From Hydrurus foetidus (taxonomy: Eukaryota): a DNA stretch of 40,181 nt. A model generated the notes under the pieces. It had not been told where the DNA came from, ran no database searches, and worked only from the letters and a program-made list of their open reading frames with translations. A program made the translations under genes and the position numbers. The DNA is taken from positions 1 to 40,181 of the forward strand of contig UYFQ01000508.1 in assembly GCA_900617105.1 (NCBI GenBank). The letters run 5' to 3'. Shown here in pieces: positions 1 to 12,818 of the stretch (position 1 is its first letter; every line of letters begins with the position of its first letter).

Positions 1-1331
1 CTGCCACCACCTTGGTTACGCCCAGGGCCGGGGTTTCCTTGTTTGCGGTTTTGGTTACTTTGGTTTCCGTAACCTTGGTTGTTGTGGTTTCCGGAACCTT
101 GGTTTTGGTTACCTTGTTTTGATTCCACGGTTTCCCGAACCTTGGTTTTGGTTTCCCTGGTTGGGTTGAACCCCTTACCTCCACCTTGGTTACCCTTGTG
201 CTTCTTGTTGTTGCACATCAAGTAAGGGGGTGCCCCTGCAGGGTGGATTCTCTCCCTGGTTTCGAACCCAGGTAGGATGAGTCTTTCCTGCCACATAACT
301 TCCCCTTGTGCCAGCCATGCCTTACCTACAAACGAATCAGACCAGTTACAGCCGTGATCGTTGTTGGTATCGGAATAGTACATGACTGTACAATCTGATA
401 GAATATGTGCAGGGTTTCCGCATGAGCGACAAACCCGGGCAGCGGATACTAACGGTTCGTCAAGTGTCGAACGTACCGCCAGGTTGCTACTCCCACTTGG
501 GATATCTACATCACGGATAGCCAGTGTGCTCGCCCGCTTTTTAGTAGAGCGGGGAGGAGGGACTGCTGTACTCGGAAACGAGTAGACAATGTCAGGGTTG
601 CCATAACTCCTGCTCATGTGAATTGCGTCGCGAGCCGCCGTGACGACCGCGATAATGCGCAGCATGGCGACTTCCCCACGTCTTGGGGGACTCATTGTCA
701 CGTGCTTTATGAGCGACGTAATCACCCAAGATTCGGCTCCCTCGAGGGAGTCGTTTCTCAAGAATCGCTATCAACTCGGCATGCTGAGATGCGGTGATAT
801 GACGGACACGTTCGTGATCCGTGGCGATCTCTTTGTACGCCATGTACGTTACTAACTCTTCCTCATCGGAGGAAAGAGAATAGTGGAAGGGGACCTTAGC
901 AAACAGTTCTGCTAAGGTATGATCCCCTTGTTTGTTCTTGCAAAAGTATTGCATTACCAACTTGCCAACACTCTCTATCGGAAGGAGGTTTTGCCAATTA
1001 AGGCGTTGCTCATTGGTAATAACTGCCAGTGTCGACTGATCAGTTAAGATTTTAACATGAAGCAAATCGATTGCTTGACGTTGCATGCATTGCTTAATAT
1101 GCAAGTGAGGTAAGCGTTGTGCTTGCTCATAGAATTCTTCAGCATCCTGCGGAGTAATATAATCTCCCCGTAGGATGAATATCTCACGCTGGATCTGAAG
1201 CGTCTGGGAAACCCCATGTTTGACGATTGTGAGCTTTGTGAGATGTTAAGGATGTTTCCTTCCTCATCAACCTCATGCTCGTTCTCTGGCTCATTTGGCT
1301 CAGGCTCAGGATGTAGACCCTCGTCTTCCAT
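1..1331 (-). mobile_element. Retroelement gag-like ORF, frameshifted, with CCHC zinc knuckle and N/Q/G-rich C-terminal tail; continues beyond window start
   Basis: Manual minus-strand translation joins ORFs 1331-1044 and 1104-592 to a further frame reading ...AARVCRSCGNPAHILSDC (C-X2-C-X4-H-X4-C at 431-390), then NQGNQNQGSGN-type repeats (about 200-1). Frame changes occur near 1105, 675 and within 1-180. No introns. No pol or LTR is visible in the window, so the element class is undetermined. Confidence 0.65.
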
Positions 1332-2690
1332 CTCCTATCGTAGGATGAGCAATCGATATAAATCGAGTTGTAGCGAAGCTAGGACGAGCTTTCCTCGTCA
1401 AAAAAATTTTGCGAGAGCTTCGCCTCGTTCGCGTATCGAGTACTTTACGCAAGTAACAGCGAATGAGATGATTTCAACCCACTCTTGTCGAGAAAAATTC
1501 TATGGCGTCGAAGCCGAATTTTGGGTGATAAAAATTTTGGTGTCCTGTTAAGGATGAAGGAAGAACTTCCTGTCGACCAAAAGACGTCCTTAGACTAATC
1601 TGATGTCTCTAGCAGTGGAACCGGTGTCCAAATTGCCAGTGGAGAACTCCTTAATTTCGAGTTGGGAAGCCTCTCGCGACTTCGACCAAAAACGAACTTT
1701 TGAAAACACCTTTCGGAGGGTTTCAAGCAGGAAGCGGCTATGCCAAACTCCTGTAAACTTAAACTAAGTTCTCGGAGCTTCGGGCTCAGCGAGAAAACGA
1801 CTCCTCGGAAGTCGTGGAGTGAGTATACTCCTTTGGAAGTCTATCTAAAGTTTGGGACGAGTAGATGGGTAGAAAAGAAGAGAAGGAGGATGAGCGGAAA
1901 TAGCGTTATTCCGCTCATTCCGCACTTTACCATCTACGTAGATGGTAAAGTGGTAGAACGTCGACGCTACAACCCAACGACCAGCCTCCGAGGGGCGTGG
2001 GTTCGACTGTCACCTTGTTCTTAGTTGCCACGAAAGGCCTTCTTGACCGGGCGAGAAGATAAGCCGGGGTAGTGTAGCCGTTGCACTAAGGGCTCTGGAG
2101 GTCGGTCGTTCTACTGCCGACTACAATCATTGCGTCCGGGTGGTACCGACTTCAAACAACGTGAATCTAACCACTCAAGATAACCAGCACTACTGTAGAT
2201 ATGATTGTTTTCATGCACGGGTGTACGTACATTCAGCGATAATATTGACCGCAACCCTCGCACTCATGTTATGCTACCTAGATGTAATCGACAGCACGTC
2301 ACTGTCGTTTAATCCAACTTACCGAATAGAACGTCTTCTTCTCTTTTGAGCGAGCGTTGCTAGCAGTCGGAAGTGCAGGGATCGTTTGGGAACTCGGAAG
2401 AAATTCCGTGTAAATCGCCCAGATTTCCAATAGTCTTCAGCCTGTAGCTTCAGAAAATCTACTTTTCGGCCATTTCTGAAATCTAGTGGATTTGACCGGC
2501 GCTACGGCCCACTAGAAATTTGGCGGGGACCCGGAAAATCATCGAACGGGCTCTACGTTTATACGGTATACTGTATAGTGACCATACGACATACGACCAT
2601 ACCCGCTGTCACTTCCTCGAACATACTGTTGCCTGGACACGCTCCTAAGATATTTACAGAGAAATTCATTAGCAAGGGATCATCGTAGGC

Positions 2691-4058
2691 ATGAAGAGAG
2701 GGGTGCTGCTTAGTGTGACAGTAGTTGGGCATTTTATTTTCCTCTTGACATCTGATGTTCAATCTCTTATCGTGACCCGCCATCCACAACATGGGAGAAC
2801 GACTGGGTTACTTGGAAACAGTAGGATCAAGTATCCTACGCTTCAATATCCGACGAGGATATCTTGTTTAGATTCCGTGGAATTTCGCGCTGGGAAGTCG
2901 GAATTTCTCCTCCAATCTAGGAGTCAAAAATTTCGCTCAAAAATAATCAGTGCTTTAAATCATATGAAGAAAGCGGTGCGTTTCAGCACCGCAGTCTTCA
3001 TCATTTTGCTGTCGTTATTAATACCACCAAGGAGAAGTATCGCTGCATCGGGATCCAGTTTTTCTGGCTCCTCTTTCAGCTCATCGAGCAGTAGCAGAAG
3101 CAACCAGCGCAGCTCATCATCAACAAAAAGTTCAACGTCTACCCACAGTAGTCGATCACACAGCTCAGCATCAGTTAATTTTTTCCCAACATCTTCTTCA
3201 AGTGCGCGGCAATATAGCATTCCTGCGTCCAATTCTGCTCGTGGGAGTGTATCTTCAACAGCTATGGTCGGACCAGCCGTGAAAGGCGCGTCAGTATTGG
3301 CGGTTGTAGTCGCTACACCTTGGATGCTGTCAAACCTGAAAGGTAAACTCGGTCTAGATGCAGCAGCTGTTTACGAGATTCAAATGGCATATCGTCTCAA
3401 CAATAAGGAGTTGAAATCATTTCTAATCGCTGTGCAGAGGTCGCTTGAGTCGGGTCAAAACGAGCCGCTATCGAGTCGAGTGGAAAAACTCTGCATAAAC
3501 TTACTGCGCAAGAATGATTGTCTGTTGGGAGGTGGTATGGTCAAATACCAGGAGCCAATTATGAGGCTGAATGCTATGAAAGAACTCTTCCATTCTATAT
3601 CTGTCAAAGAAAGGGTAAAATTCGACGATGATGGAGACTACCCAGTCAACAAGGCACAGGATACATCCGTCATGGTGCTTACTATTGTTCTGCTCACAGT
3701 GGGACCAGTGCTTAGGAACAAGGGATGGAGCTCTGCGGTGAGGAAAGGCAGACCCCTACTGTCTTTCGGATCGGATGTGAACACAGTGGCAGCGCACGAG
3801 GGAGTGAGGAGGACCAATCTGCTGAAACCCCAGCACATCGAAAGGCTCCTCTACGGCCTGCCTCCATATCTGAAGTCCCTCGACAACCTCCAAACGAAAC
3901 ACATACGCAGGATGCAAGAGGCTGACGAGGACGATGTGAGAAATGGCGGAGAGCAACCTGGGTTTGACGTCGATATTTTATGGACGCCCAGCACTGCTGA
4001 CAGTCTCCTAACAGACGGGGAACTGAAACTCAAATGGCCTTCTATCCAGTACTTCTAA
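2691..4058 (+). CDS. DUF1517 / FLAP1-like protein, 455 aa, probably plastid-targeted
   Basis: Intronless ORF with a hydrophobic N-terminal signal-like segment, a TM segment followed by AASGSSFSGSSF (cf. ASGGRxGGGSF), a Ser-rich linker, a second hydrophobic segment, ERVKFD, VLTIVLL and C-terminal VDILWTP...LTDGELKLKWPSI (cf. VEVLWTP...LSxxELLxxYPxL). Family recognised by eye. Confidence 0.7.
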   Translation: MKRGVLLSVTVVGHFIFLLTSDVQSLIVTRHPQHGRTTGLLGNSRIKYPTLQYPTRISCLDSVEFRAGKSEFLLQSRSQKFRSKIISALNHMKKAVRFSTAVFIILLSLLIPPRRSIAASGSSFSGSSFSSSSSSRSNQRSSSSTKSSTSTHSSRSHSSASVNFFPTSSSSARQYSIPASNSARGSVSSTAMVGPAVKGASVLAVVVATPWMLSNLKGKLGLDAAAVYEIQMAYRLNNKELKSFLIAVQRSLESGQNEPLSSRVEKLCINLLRKNDCLLGGGMVKYQEPIMRLNAMKELFHSISVKERVKFDDDGDYPVNKAQDTSVMVLTIVLLTVGPVLRNKGWSSAVRKGRPLLSFGSDVNTVAAHEGVRRTNLLKPQHIERLLYGLPPYLKSLDNLQTKHIRRMQEADEDDVRNGGEQPGFDVDILWTPSTADSLLTDGELKLKWPSIQYF

Positions 4059-5234
4059 TATTAAGTTTAGAAAAACGAAGGACGCAGCAGGATACAATGC
4101 CACGCGCTGACACTATCTTCATGTAATTTGACGAAGAATTTGATTTGAAAGAATGACATAATGAATATTGAAATATATAATACAGTGGACACACACGGGG
4201 ACTGAACTGATGCAATAGCAATTTAAATCATCACAACCGTAAAGATACGGAGGGTGAGATGACAGCTCCTAAATGGAATATGTGCAAAACAAATTTTCCT
4301 AATCGGAGTTATGCACAGCAAAGGATTGAATTTTGAATTTTGTTATTTAATGTCTAAAAAACTGCATCCTACAAACGGTCACGAAGTAAGTAAATAACAG
4401 AAAAGTGAATTTCATCGAATCGAAATATTGCGCTGATTAGTTATTACCGTGGGGTGTTAGAGCAAAGGGAAATATCTCGGATATATCCGAGATCCGTCAA
4501 TTTGAGGCGGAAATTTGAAATTTTCGAACTCCTGGGGTTCCATCCGGATACCGTCGAGTGCCTAATTATTCTTTTGCCATTTTCGATTTCCGGTTTTCGG
4601 AATTTCGGGGATTTTTGGCTGTTTTCCAGCAATTTCGCGACAACTAGAGAAGTGGGGACCCCGATGAGAATTGTCAGGTGTTGCCTGAAGTTGTCCGCAT
4701 CTTTTGATATATGACGGTCATGCACCTACGATGAGCAGATCGGCTGCAAATCGCGATCCAAAATGAACTTTTGGTCCCTTGCGATCGAAATTTCTCGATT
4801 TTGGGGAGCGCAGATTGAAAACTGAATAGACAGTATACCTAAAATAACTATGCTCTTTCCGAATCCACTATCACATTTGCGTGAAATTCTATGTCCAAGG
4901 AGTTAGCAGTTCCCGTTGGCAATTACCGTGTCAAAATTTCCGTGATTCTGACCGTTATCAAAATCCTATTCTCACTTCAAAATGGCAAAAGAATAGGCAC
5001 TCTCGACGGTATTATATTTCCGTTTGCGCAAACACTCCATTATATTTCGTTCGATCAGAGGGTAGAAGCGATTGACATTATAGATCGATCTCACTTGGAT
5101 GTTTCCCAGAAACGACTGTGTGAGAGAAAGGCATGTGTAAGGATGCTGCTGCGCCAGAATGCAATCAGACATCTGAGACTTGCAACAAAAACTCTTTTGT
5201 CTTTTGATCACCGTTAGGGGTCTCATTTAGAGAT

Positions 5235-8200
5235 ATGAAACTTTTCCAGGCTATTCTACTACTCGTGAATGCGGCATCGATTGCAAACGCTTTCAGGTGG
5301 ACATTAAATGATTTACTCCCATCGAAGAAAGTATTAACGTTTTCGGAGCGGTACATGTTTCCCACAGGGAATGGTCCACCAATGCTAGAACAGGGACAGG
5401 CCTACATAAATGTAGATGCAAATATTTTAGTGTACATGTTAAAAAATGAGTCAGCGAAGGTCGGATACGCCGTATTTGCTGCAGAAGAGGGACACCATCA
5501 TGATAACTTAATTGGGATATGCGACGACACTGTGCGATCTAACGAGTGGGCTATTTCAGTGAGTTATAATCATGCAGTTTTCGCTGTTTATTTAGATGCT
5601 TACCTCCGAGGCACTTTGCCATCTGTATTGCAGTAAAGATTTACCAACCACAGCTGACAGATTGTTCGTTTCTATGCGTTTGCTTGCTTCTAATCCCATA
5701 ATAAATGTGCGTATTTATGTTCGTACCCCAGCCCCACTCGATAACGGTGGATACCGAATACGTTGGTTTAGAGACTGTAGAGGATGTTCGTATAGCTGAA
5801 CTAGGTATTTACCACCTATGGAAGGCCCAGATCCATTACAGTTATTCAGTGCGACATCAAGAGTGGCATAATGTCGCATTTCAGCTGTGCACAGAACCTG
5901 ATCAAGGACCAGTAGCGAAAGTGGAGGGGGAAGTGACATTTAGAAATCCTTACGGCTTCATTCCTGCAGAGCTCTTCGGCTTCCTACCATTTGAGGTACG
6001 CGTTCTCTGACGTGATGTAATGGAATGTGATGTCATTTGAAACAGAGTAAATCATAGTTTTATATTTTGAGCTCACTTGACGTTTGAACGGTCATCCCTT
6101 GTTGGAATAGACAACAGTCAAAGATGTGACTTGATTCGATGACGGAATACAAATAAAACCAATTATTGCAATAATTATTAATCATCACCTTTTGCGTCAC
6201 ACGACATCGAATCAAAGGGGGCGAGGATGGTTGCTTACTTCTTGCTAGGCGTAGCGTACCTGTACTTCTTCTTCAAGCACCAGGTACCTGTCAATAGAGA
6301 TAAATAGAACATGATGCATCTGACACGGCACAATGCACACATGCTCGTTGAGTATCTCTCCGCATGTCCGTGTCGTAACGGCTGATAATGTGTCAGTGAT
6401 GATGTTGAATATTTCTGATTCGAGGAGTACCAATTTTTGACCCTTCATAATTGTTTGGATTTGTGGTCGATTTGATGCGATCTCATCTCTTACGATGCCA
6501 TGACATGAGAAAACTTGACTTGAGATGACTTGAGACTAATGTGGAGGGAGTCAGTACAGTTATTCGATAAGATGCGACTGGGTCGGTTGAGAACACAGTA
6601 TCAACAGATAAGATGAAAGGTGATCATGGGGAGAGGATAGAAACAAATTATTACACCGAGTGAATTAGAAAATAGGATAGTATAGGGAGAAGGAGAATAA
6701 AACAGTGGAAAGACTAAGCATCGCGTGTTTTACTCTATTTCATAGTTTGAAAGAACGTTGACCTGTCGATACTTTCGCTCTCTCGGATGCAATGGGACAA
6801 AACCCTTGGGAAAGACTAATCACTTCCTCCCTTATTATTTTTGCTGTTGTACTAAATTGTGGTCTCTGGACCTTTTGTATTCCCCACTTTACCTCATAAC
6901 ACTTTTCCTTCACTCGCCCACTATCACTTCAGGTCTTTCATTTTACTCACTCTTTCCTTCTAACTCGTTTCTTCCTTTTCTTTTCTTTTCTTTTTTCTTA
7001 TCAAAGAAGCTCTCTCCTAATCTCTTTTTTATTGGTCTCTTTTTTGTAGGAATCTATTCTACCCCTTCATCAAGGTGTACTATTCGTATTTTTAGTAGCT
7101 CTAGCAGAAGCGACATCTTGGTATGCAGCCTATCAAACGATCAATCTTACAGGGCAGCCGTACTGTTGTCCGTTCCCGAGTACAGTCGTTGCTTCATTAG
7201 TACTGCAGGTTCGATTAAGTGCAGTTGACTATTGATTATCCATTTTGTGTATGAGAGTGTCAGAGAGAGGGTATGCGTGTGTGTGTGCGTTTTCATGAGT
7301 GTGTTTATTTCAACTTACCCACACACTCTCACTTTAAATACGTTTCAATTGTGTTCCATTCAGATATTCCGGCAGAGTTTCGCGCGGTCTTTACTCTTGG
7401 TGGTTTCTCTAGGTGCTAAAATTGAACTCCTCTTATTTAAATCCCCAACTGTGTGTGTTGCGATTATTCGCTAGTAACTGGGTGGTGACTGTTTATATGA
7501 ATGTGTGTGTTTGACGTGTGGGCGTTTCTACCCGTGAGTGCATGCATGGTATGGTGTGTTTGTGTATCACTCAAGTAAGTGTGTATTTTCATGTTATCGC
7601 ATGGAGTTGTAAATCATCTCATCTCTCCCCACTTTATCTCATCTCATCTCATTTTATCCTATCTTATCTCACACTTTTTCGTCCCATTTCACTTTCTCTA
7701 ATCTCATCTAATCTCATATCACCCCATCTATTGGACAGGATATGGAATAGTCCGACCCAAACTCCTGCCCGCAGAGTGGGTAGCGGTTTCTCTCATGAGC
7801 GCGCTCTACTTCGCTGCCGGTAAGTCATGTCAATTAATGCCTTCTGTACCTTGTCATATCTACTCTGCTCTAACTGACCGTAGATTGTCTTATCTGTCAA
7901 ATTCTCCATATGTATGCATCATTATCGTAAAAAACGTTGCCTAGCCTGACTTTTCCCCATTAACCACTTTCATACCTTCACATGACACCCATGATTTCCT
8001 GATATGAGTTATCTTCCCTGATGGCATCGCACCACACCACACCATCCCTTCCGAGACCTCTCCACAGCCTTATCTTACCTTACCTTACCTTACCTTACCT
8101 ACTCCCCCTTACCATGTCATTGTCCTCCGAACTCGATCATGCCATGTCGTGTAGAGACTTGAACGCACAGCAATCCACTCGAATACGACTTGGCACTCTT

Positions 8201-10370
8201 AATGTATCCACCCACCTACTGTGACTGAGATAACACAACCCACCATCTCGTTCACCATCCCACCCTGTATCACTCCCTCCCTCTTCTCGTATGCTATACA
8301 ATTCCTGTATCCCCCATCTTCTCCCTCCCTCCTTATTCATATGCTATGATGTGCAATTCCACTATCTCTTTTCATCCCACCCTTTATATCTGTATTTCTC
8401 TCCACTCCCATTTTGTTTCATCCCCCTTCACTCTATTCTGCAGCAACCATAGCTCAGGTGTCTCAGATAGTTCTGGTCAACGATATCCACGGAGACTCAC
8501 GAGACAGGTACACGTCATCACATCACATCACATGAATTCCACTGCACTCAGCTCCCTCCTTTTTCTAACCCCTTTATTTTACTGCTTCCTCTTCTCTCAA
8601 CCCGTCCTACCTTCTCTTCTCGCAATATGCCCCCTTCCTCCCTCTTATCTTCCTTACCCATTGATCTCCCTTCTTCCCTCTCCCCCCTCCATATCCCTAG
8701 TCTTTCACCCTTAAATCTCTATTCTCAACTGGCCTTACTTAGCACCATCTGTATTCCAGTCATGTTAGTGCCAGCGATCCAGTTACTTTCCTTTCAAATG
8801 ATCCTCTGTTAGATGCACCTCATATTGTTCTCTCTCCTTTTGTTTGTCTGATTTTTACAGCGTGATGGCTTACCAAGTGCCTGAACTGGTCATGGACGTG
8901 CTGTTTTTGTCCTGGATTTACATCGCGCTTGGGTCCACGATCCGCATCCTCACAGAGTTCCAGCAAGGATACAAACTCAATCTGTACAAGAAACTAGCCA
9001 ATGTGATCGTCATCTTTGTGGGTCTTTTCGTAGCTGCTTCTGTTCTTATTCTGCTGGATAAGAGTGGGATCATTAACTGGCCTTGGCAATGGGCATGGGC
9101 GCAGCAGGTTGCAGACGTCATCATTATTCATCACTTCGCACTGTTCTACTTATCTTTATCTTTATCCTTCTCTTCTTCTACTTTTCGCTTCATTTTCCCT
9201 CATCTTTTTTTCTTCAATTTTTTCTTTTCTTTTCCCCACTTTTTTTTTTTCTTTTCTTTTCTTTTCTTTTCCCTTCTATTTTTTTCTTTTCTTTTCCACT
9301 CTTCTATTTTTTCACTTCTTTTCTACTCTCTTCTCTATTCTTCTTTTCCGCTCTATGCTGTACTTCGCTGCCACTTCACATATATCCTCTTGACTTTACT
9401 TTACACTGCATTACACTTTTCATATCTCCTTACCTCAAGTAACTTTATCCCTAATATTTCATCTTCTTCGTTTTCGAAGGTGTTATGGGAGGTGTTGAAT
9501 TTCGCAGTTCTTGCAGCCGTGTGCATCATTTGCTGTCCCTCCGACAACAGCAGAAGACTCTCATACGCATCCCAGCTGCCTACAGATGACCCAGGTAAAG
9601 AAACAAAGACTAGAGAATGGGGTTCTACCGCCTAATAAGCCATTGCAACATCTATTGTAGCAGACAAATTTCGAATGTAATTTACTTAAATGTGATTTGT
9701 CTGCTCTCTCTTTCTCCATTATTTCCCATTCTCCTGGTTTCTACCTAATTTACTCTATTCCCCTATCTTTTTACCGTTTTATCCGATATTCTTCTTCTCC
9801 TTCTTCTTCTCCTTCTTTATATTTAAATTCTTATTCTTATTCTAAATCTTTTGTCTTATTCTCACTTTTTTATCTCTACACACATGCCACTCCCCCTTGG
9901 GGTCTATTCCATTCCATTTAGATGATGACGATTACACCCGAACGGGCTATCCTGGTGACGGGTTTGAAGACGAGGATGGCGTAGGCACAGGCTACATGGA
10001 GGACGACCAGGAAGAAGCGATCCTTGGATCAGGTTCCGTAGAACCCGATGTAGAAATGGTGCGTTACGCTGAATTAATCGTATACGGCTTCTTGGAATTT
10101 AATCTACACTGTCATGAAGGAATCTTTTTTCTCGTCGTCCATGCATCACTAAGTTTAACTCACTCACCTCAATTGTGCTCTACTCCACTGTTCTAATCTC
10201 AGACCTCATGGCGCAGCAAGTTGTCTAGTGGGATGGGGTCACCCAGTGCTAGCAAGCCCTCTGGGGCACATTCCGCATCTGGTACTGGGTCCCACAAGTT
10301 CTCTTCTCTCCCTGATGCCGAGGATGAAGATGGAGACCGAGAGTTCGGATTGGACGAAGGGAGGCGTTAG
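5235..10370 (+). CDS. TMEM87/Ptm1-like (lung seven-transmembrane receptor / GOST family) protein, 11 exons
   Basis: Exons 5235-5558, 5732-5995, 6218-6283, 7050-7208, 7364-7412, 7739-7819, 8444-8507, 8861-9107, 9480-9594, 9922-10058, 10203-10370, all GT-AG and frame-consistent. Signal peptide; motifs FRNPYGFIPAE, RSLLLVVSLGYGIVRPKL, FLSWIYIAL, KLNLYKKL, PWQWAW, PSDNSRRLSY; acidic tail. Confidence 0.88.
9140..9350 (+). repeat. Long polypyrimidine (TTTTC/CT-rich) low-complexity tract in TMEM87-like intron 8
   Basis: Directly visible; lies between exons ending 9107 and starting 9480. Confidence 0.85.
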
Positions 10371-11347
10371 CGCAGGAACTCTCTATCCCTCTGATGGAAT
10401 GCCGCACTGCCTTTCTTCATTGCCTGCCCTCTCATTCAGTCTTCCATTCATTCACTCACTCACTCACCCATTCATACACACAGCACAGTTTTTCCTCTCT
10501 TACTCCCACACCCTATTTGTCTTCTCTCTCACTCTCACATTACCATTCCAACGCCTACTGCACGGCAAGGCCAAGCAACTACCCTCAGGTCGCATTAGAG
10601 ACAGACAATGCAAACATCAGTTTCCTTGATAGTGCCCAGCACTTGCTGGGCTATATGCTATGCCAAGAAATACATTTCCCTGTTCTAACATGCTATTCTA
10701 AACTCTGATATGCCACGCTCTATCAAGTGCAGTGCTATGCGATGCTATGTCTACGCTATGCTATGCTATGCAAGGTGACCTAGTCCTTTCCTTCAATCTT
10801 TGATTGTTGAGGGCGCATTTCTTCCTTGACTCTCGAGATCTGCATTTACTTCAATTTCTTTCTAACAGATAACGAGAAAACATTTTTTTGCACGTTGCGA
10901 CATGGACGTTGGAAGGAGTGATCATGTACGAGGGAGAGATACACCGAAAGTACGAGAGAAGCTTTGATTTCTTAGCTGAGATTTGGGATCGAGCGTCAAG
11001 CATCATAACATGTTGCTGGCGACAGTTAATTTCTTCAAAAATACGAAAGAATTGTCTACTAAATCACAGTGGGTACATTTGGTACTTTCTGCATCATTTT
11101 TAGTACAGGGGGCAGCAGTGACTCTCCGCTGGCTCTGGTTGTGGTCTGCTAAATATATACGAGACGGAGGCGAGAGGCAGAGCAATATCATCTGCACGAC
11201 ATTGATCTTCAAAAATACTATGACCATCAGCGTCATTTCGACCGACTGATCTAAATTCTTCACGTTGACAGTTGCCATTCTTCACTCTGGAAAAGCTTCA
11301 TCTGGACAAATTTCGGTATACTCCCGTGCCTTCCTTAGTATACGATA

Positions 11348-12433
11348 ATGCAGTTCGTGAGAATATGCCAGGGACCCCTCCGCAAATGCCAACAATCTGC
11401 CAGACTCCTTTCTACGTTTGCCCCTCCGAAACCAGTTGTAATTGTTGGGCCGCCGATCCTAAATGCGTTTCTACGACCAAAGGAGAAGAGCGCAGGATCT
11501 TACTACAGCAGAAAAATGAGAGAAGGTTGAGCTACAGAATTTGCAACGATTAGCACTACAACAAAGACACATTAATATATATATCCTGCTGCTTTACTAA
11601 TGACAGCTGCAATCAAATGACAGTAAAACGCGTTAAATCTACTTCTCTCTCACATTACCAGGTGGTATGATACCTGGAATAGTCTACGGGACAGACGACA
11701 AAAAACAAAATTTAGCAATCAGGATTATGGTTCCTGTGAAATGTTTAAACAAACTTGTCCGGGAAAGGAAATATTCTTTTGAGAACACTGTTCAAAAGCT
11801 GGTTCTTGACGACAATTCCGAATACATAGTCATGGCGAGACAGCTCCAATTAGACCCATGTAAGTTGGTAGGCCCGTCTACATTTTCAGCCGGTAGTCCT
11901 TGACAGCTCATCAGCAGCAGTTGCTAGTGCTGATGCATCATTCGTAGAGCACGAAACAACAACGATCTGTTTTGATATCCTTATCAGAATTTCATTTATT
12001 TGTCTCTACTGAAAGATTACTGCTGTTCACAATGCATTGGGAGCTGTAGAGGAAGTTGATACGAAAACTACAATGAACATCTAAGCCAACTCTAATAAAG
12101 CAATCACTTCCTTTTACTACAGTATCGGACTCCCCTTTGAGTGTGAACTTTTTACTCTACCGCCCTGGAAACTTCGTTCGGATTCCCTTCACATTTGAGA
12201 ATGCGGATGCGAGCATAGACTTGAAGAGAGGCTGTTTCGTGACCTCAGTAAATAGATTCATAGAGTGCGTATGCACTGATGATGTCCCCGCATTCCTAAC
12301 AATCGACCTGACTGGAAAGGAAAAGAATGACGTCATCAGAGTAGCGAACTTGGTGTTTCCTCCTGGGTGCAGACCTTCGAGGAATGTTCCAGCTGACTTC
12401 GTCATCGCGGTCATCCAAGCTGCGAAGAAGTAG
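11348..12433 (+). CDS. Organellar (probably mitochondrial) ribosomal protein bL25/CTC family, 3 exons
   Basis: Exons 11348-11525, 11662-11859, 12123-12433. Spliced product reads SRKMREGGMIPGIVYG...ARQLQLDPLSDSPLSVNFL...VRIPFTF...DLKRG...VPAFLTIDLTG (L25 5S-binding domain plus CTC beta domain). The N-terminus is Arg-containing and acid-free, like a mitochondrial presequence. Confidence 0.85.
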
Positions 12434-12818
12434 AGTAGAGCTGCGTCACTCGACATCAATTGATTCTGTAACTCCTCTTATTATAAATACGTTACTCATC
12501 TCACGAAATCCGTTCAGTTCTCCCCATCAGCCAGAAGGTCGGATAACCACCTCTTGCTCTTCTTACCATGGATCGGCATAGGAGTAATCAGACGTGGACT
12601 CGATGGAATCGAAGAATTTACAAAAAAATTACAGTAAAAAATGATATTGGGATAGTATGTTATATGACAGAGAACGACAGTGCGGTGTAGTGTATGCTCT
12701 AACCGGATTTGTGATATTACGGTAATTATCTACAGAATGCATAGGTGACAACTCCTAGGAAGGAACGTGAACAAAGACGGGACGGTATGCGCTTTGCGAT
12801 AGAGAACGGATATCCGGC

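Noticed and set aside
1..200. CCTTGGTT/TTTTGG repeats resembling a telomere or CRISPR array
   Set aside because: Irregular, with no repeat-spacer structure; explained as AAC-CAA-GGT (NQG) codons on the minus strand.
1350..2540. Possible LTR/leader of the left retroelement and short ORFs 1740-2024 and 2140-2349
   Set aside because: No second copy, primer-binding site or clear terminus in the window; the ORFs have no recognisable motifs.
4292..5230. Possible non-autonomous transposon remnants, with faint similarity between 2380-2540 and 4500-4680
   Set aside because: Similarity is too weak to support by eye; no convincing terminal repeats or target-site duplication.
9064..9442. Phe/Leu/Ser-rich ORFs that look like membrane proteins
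   Set aside because: Translations of an intronic polypyrimidine tract.
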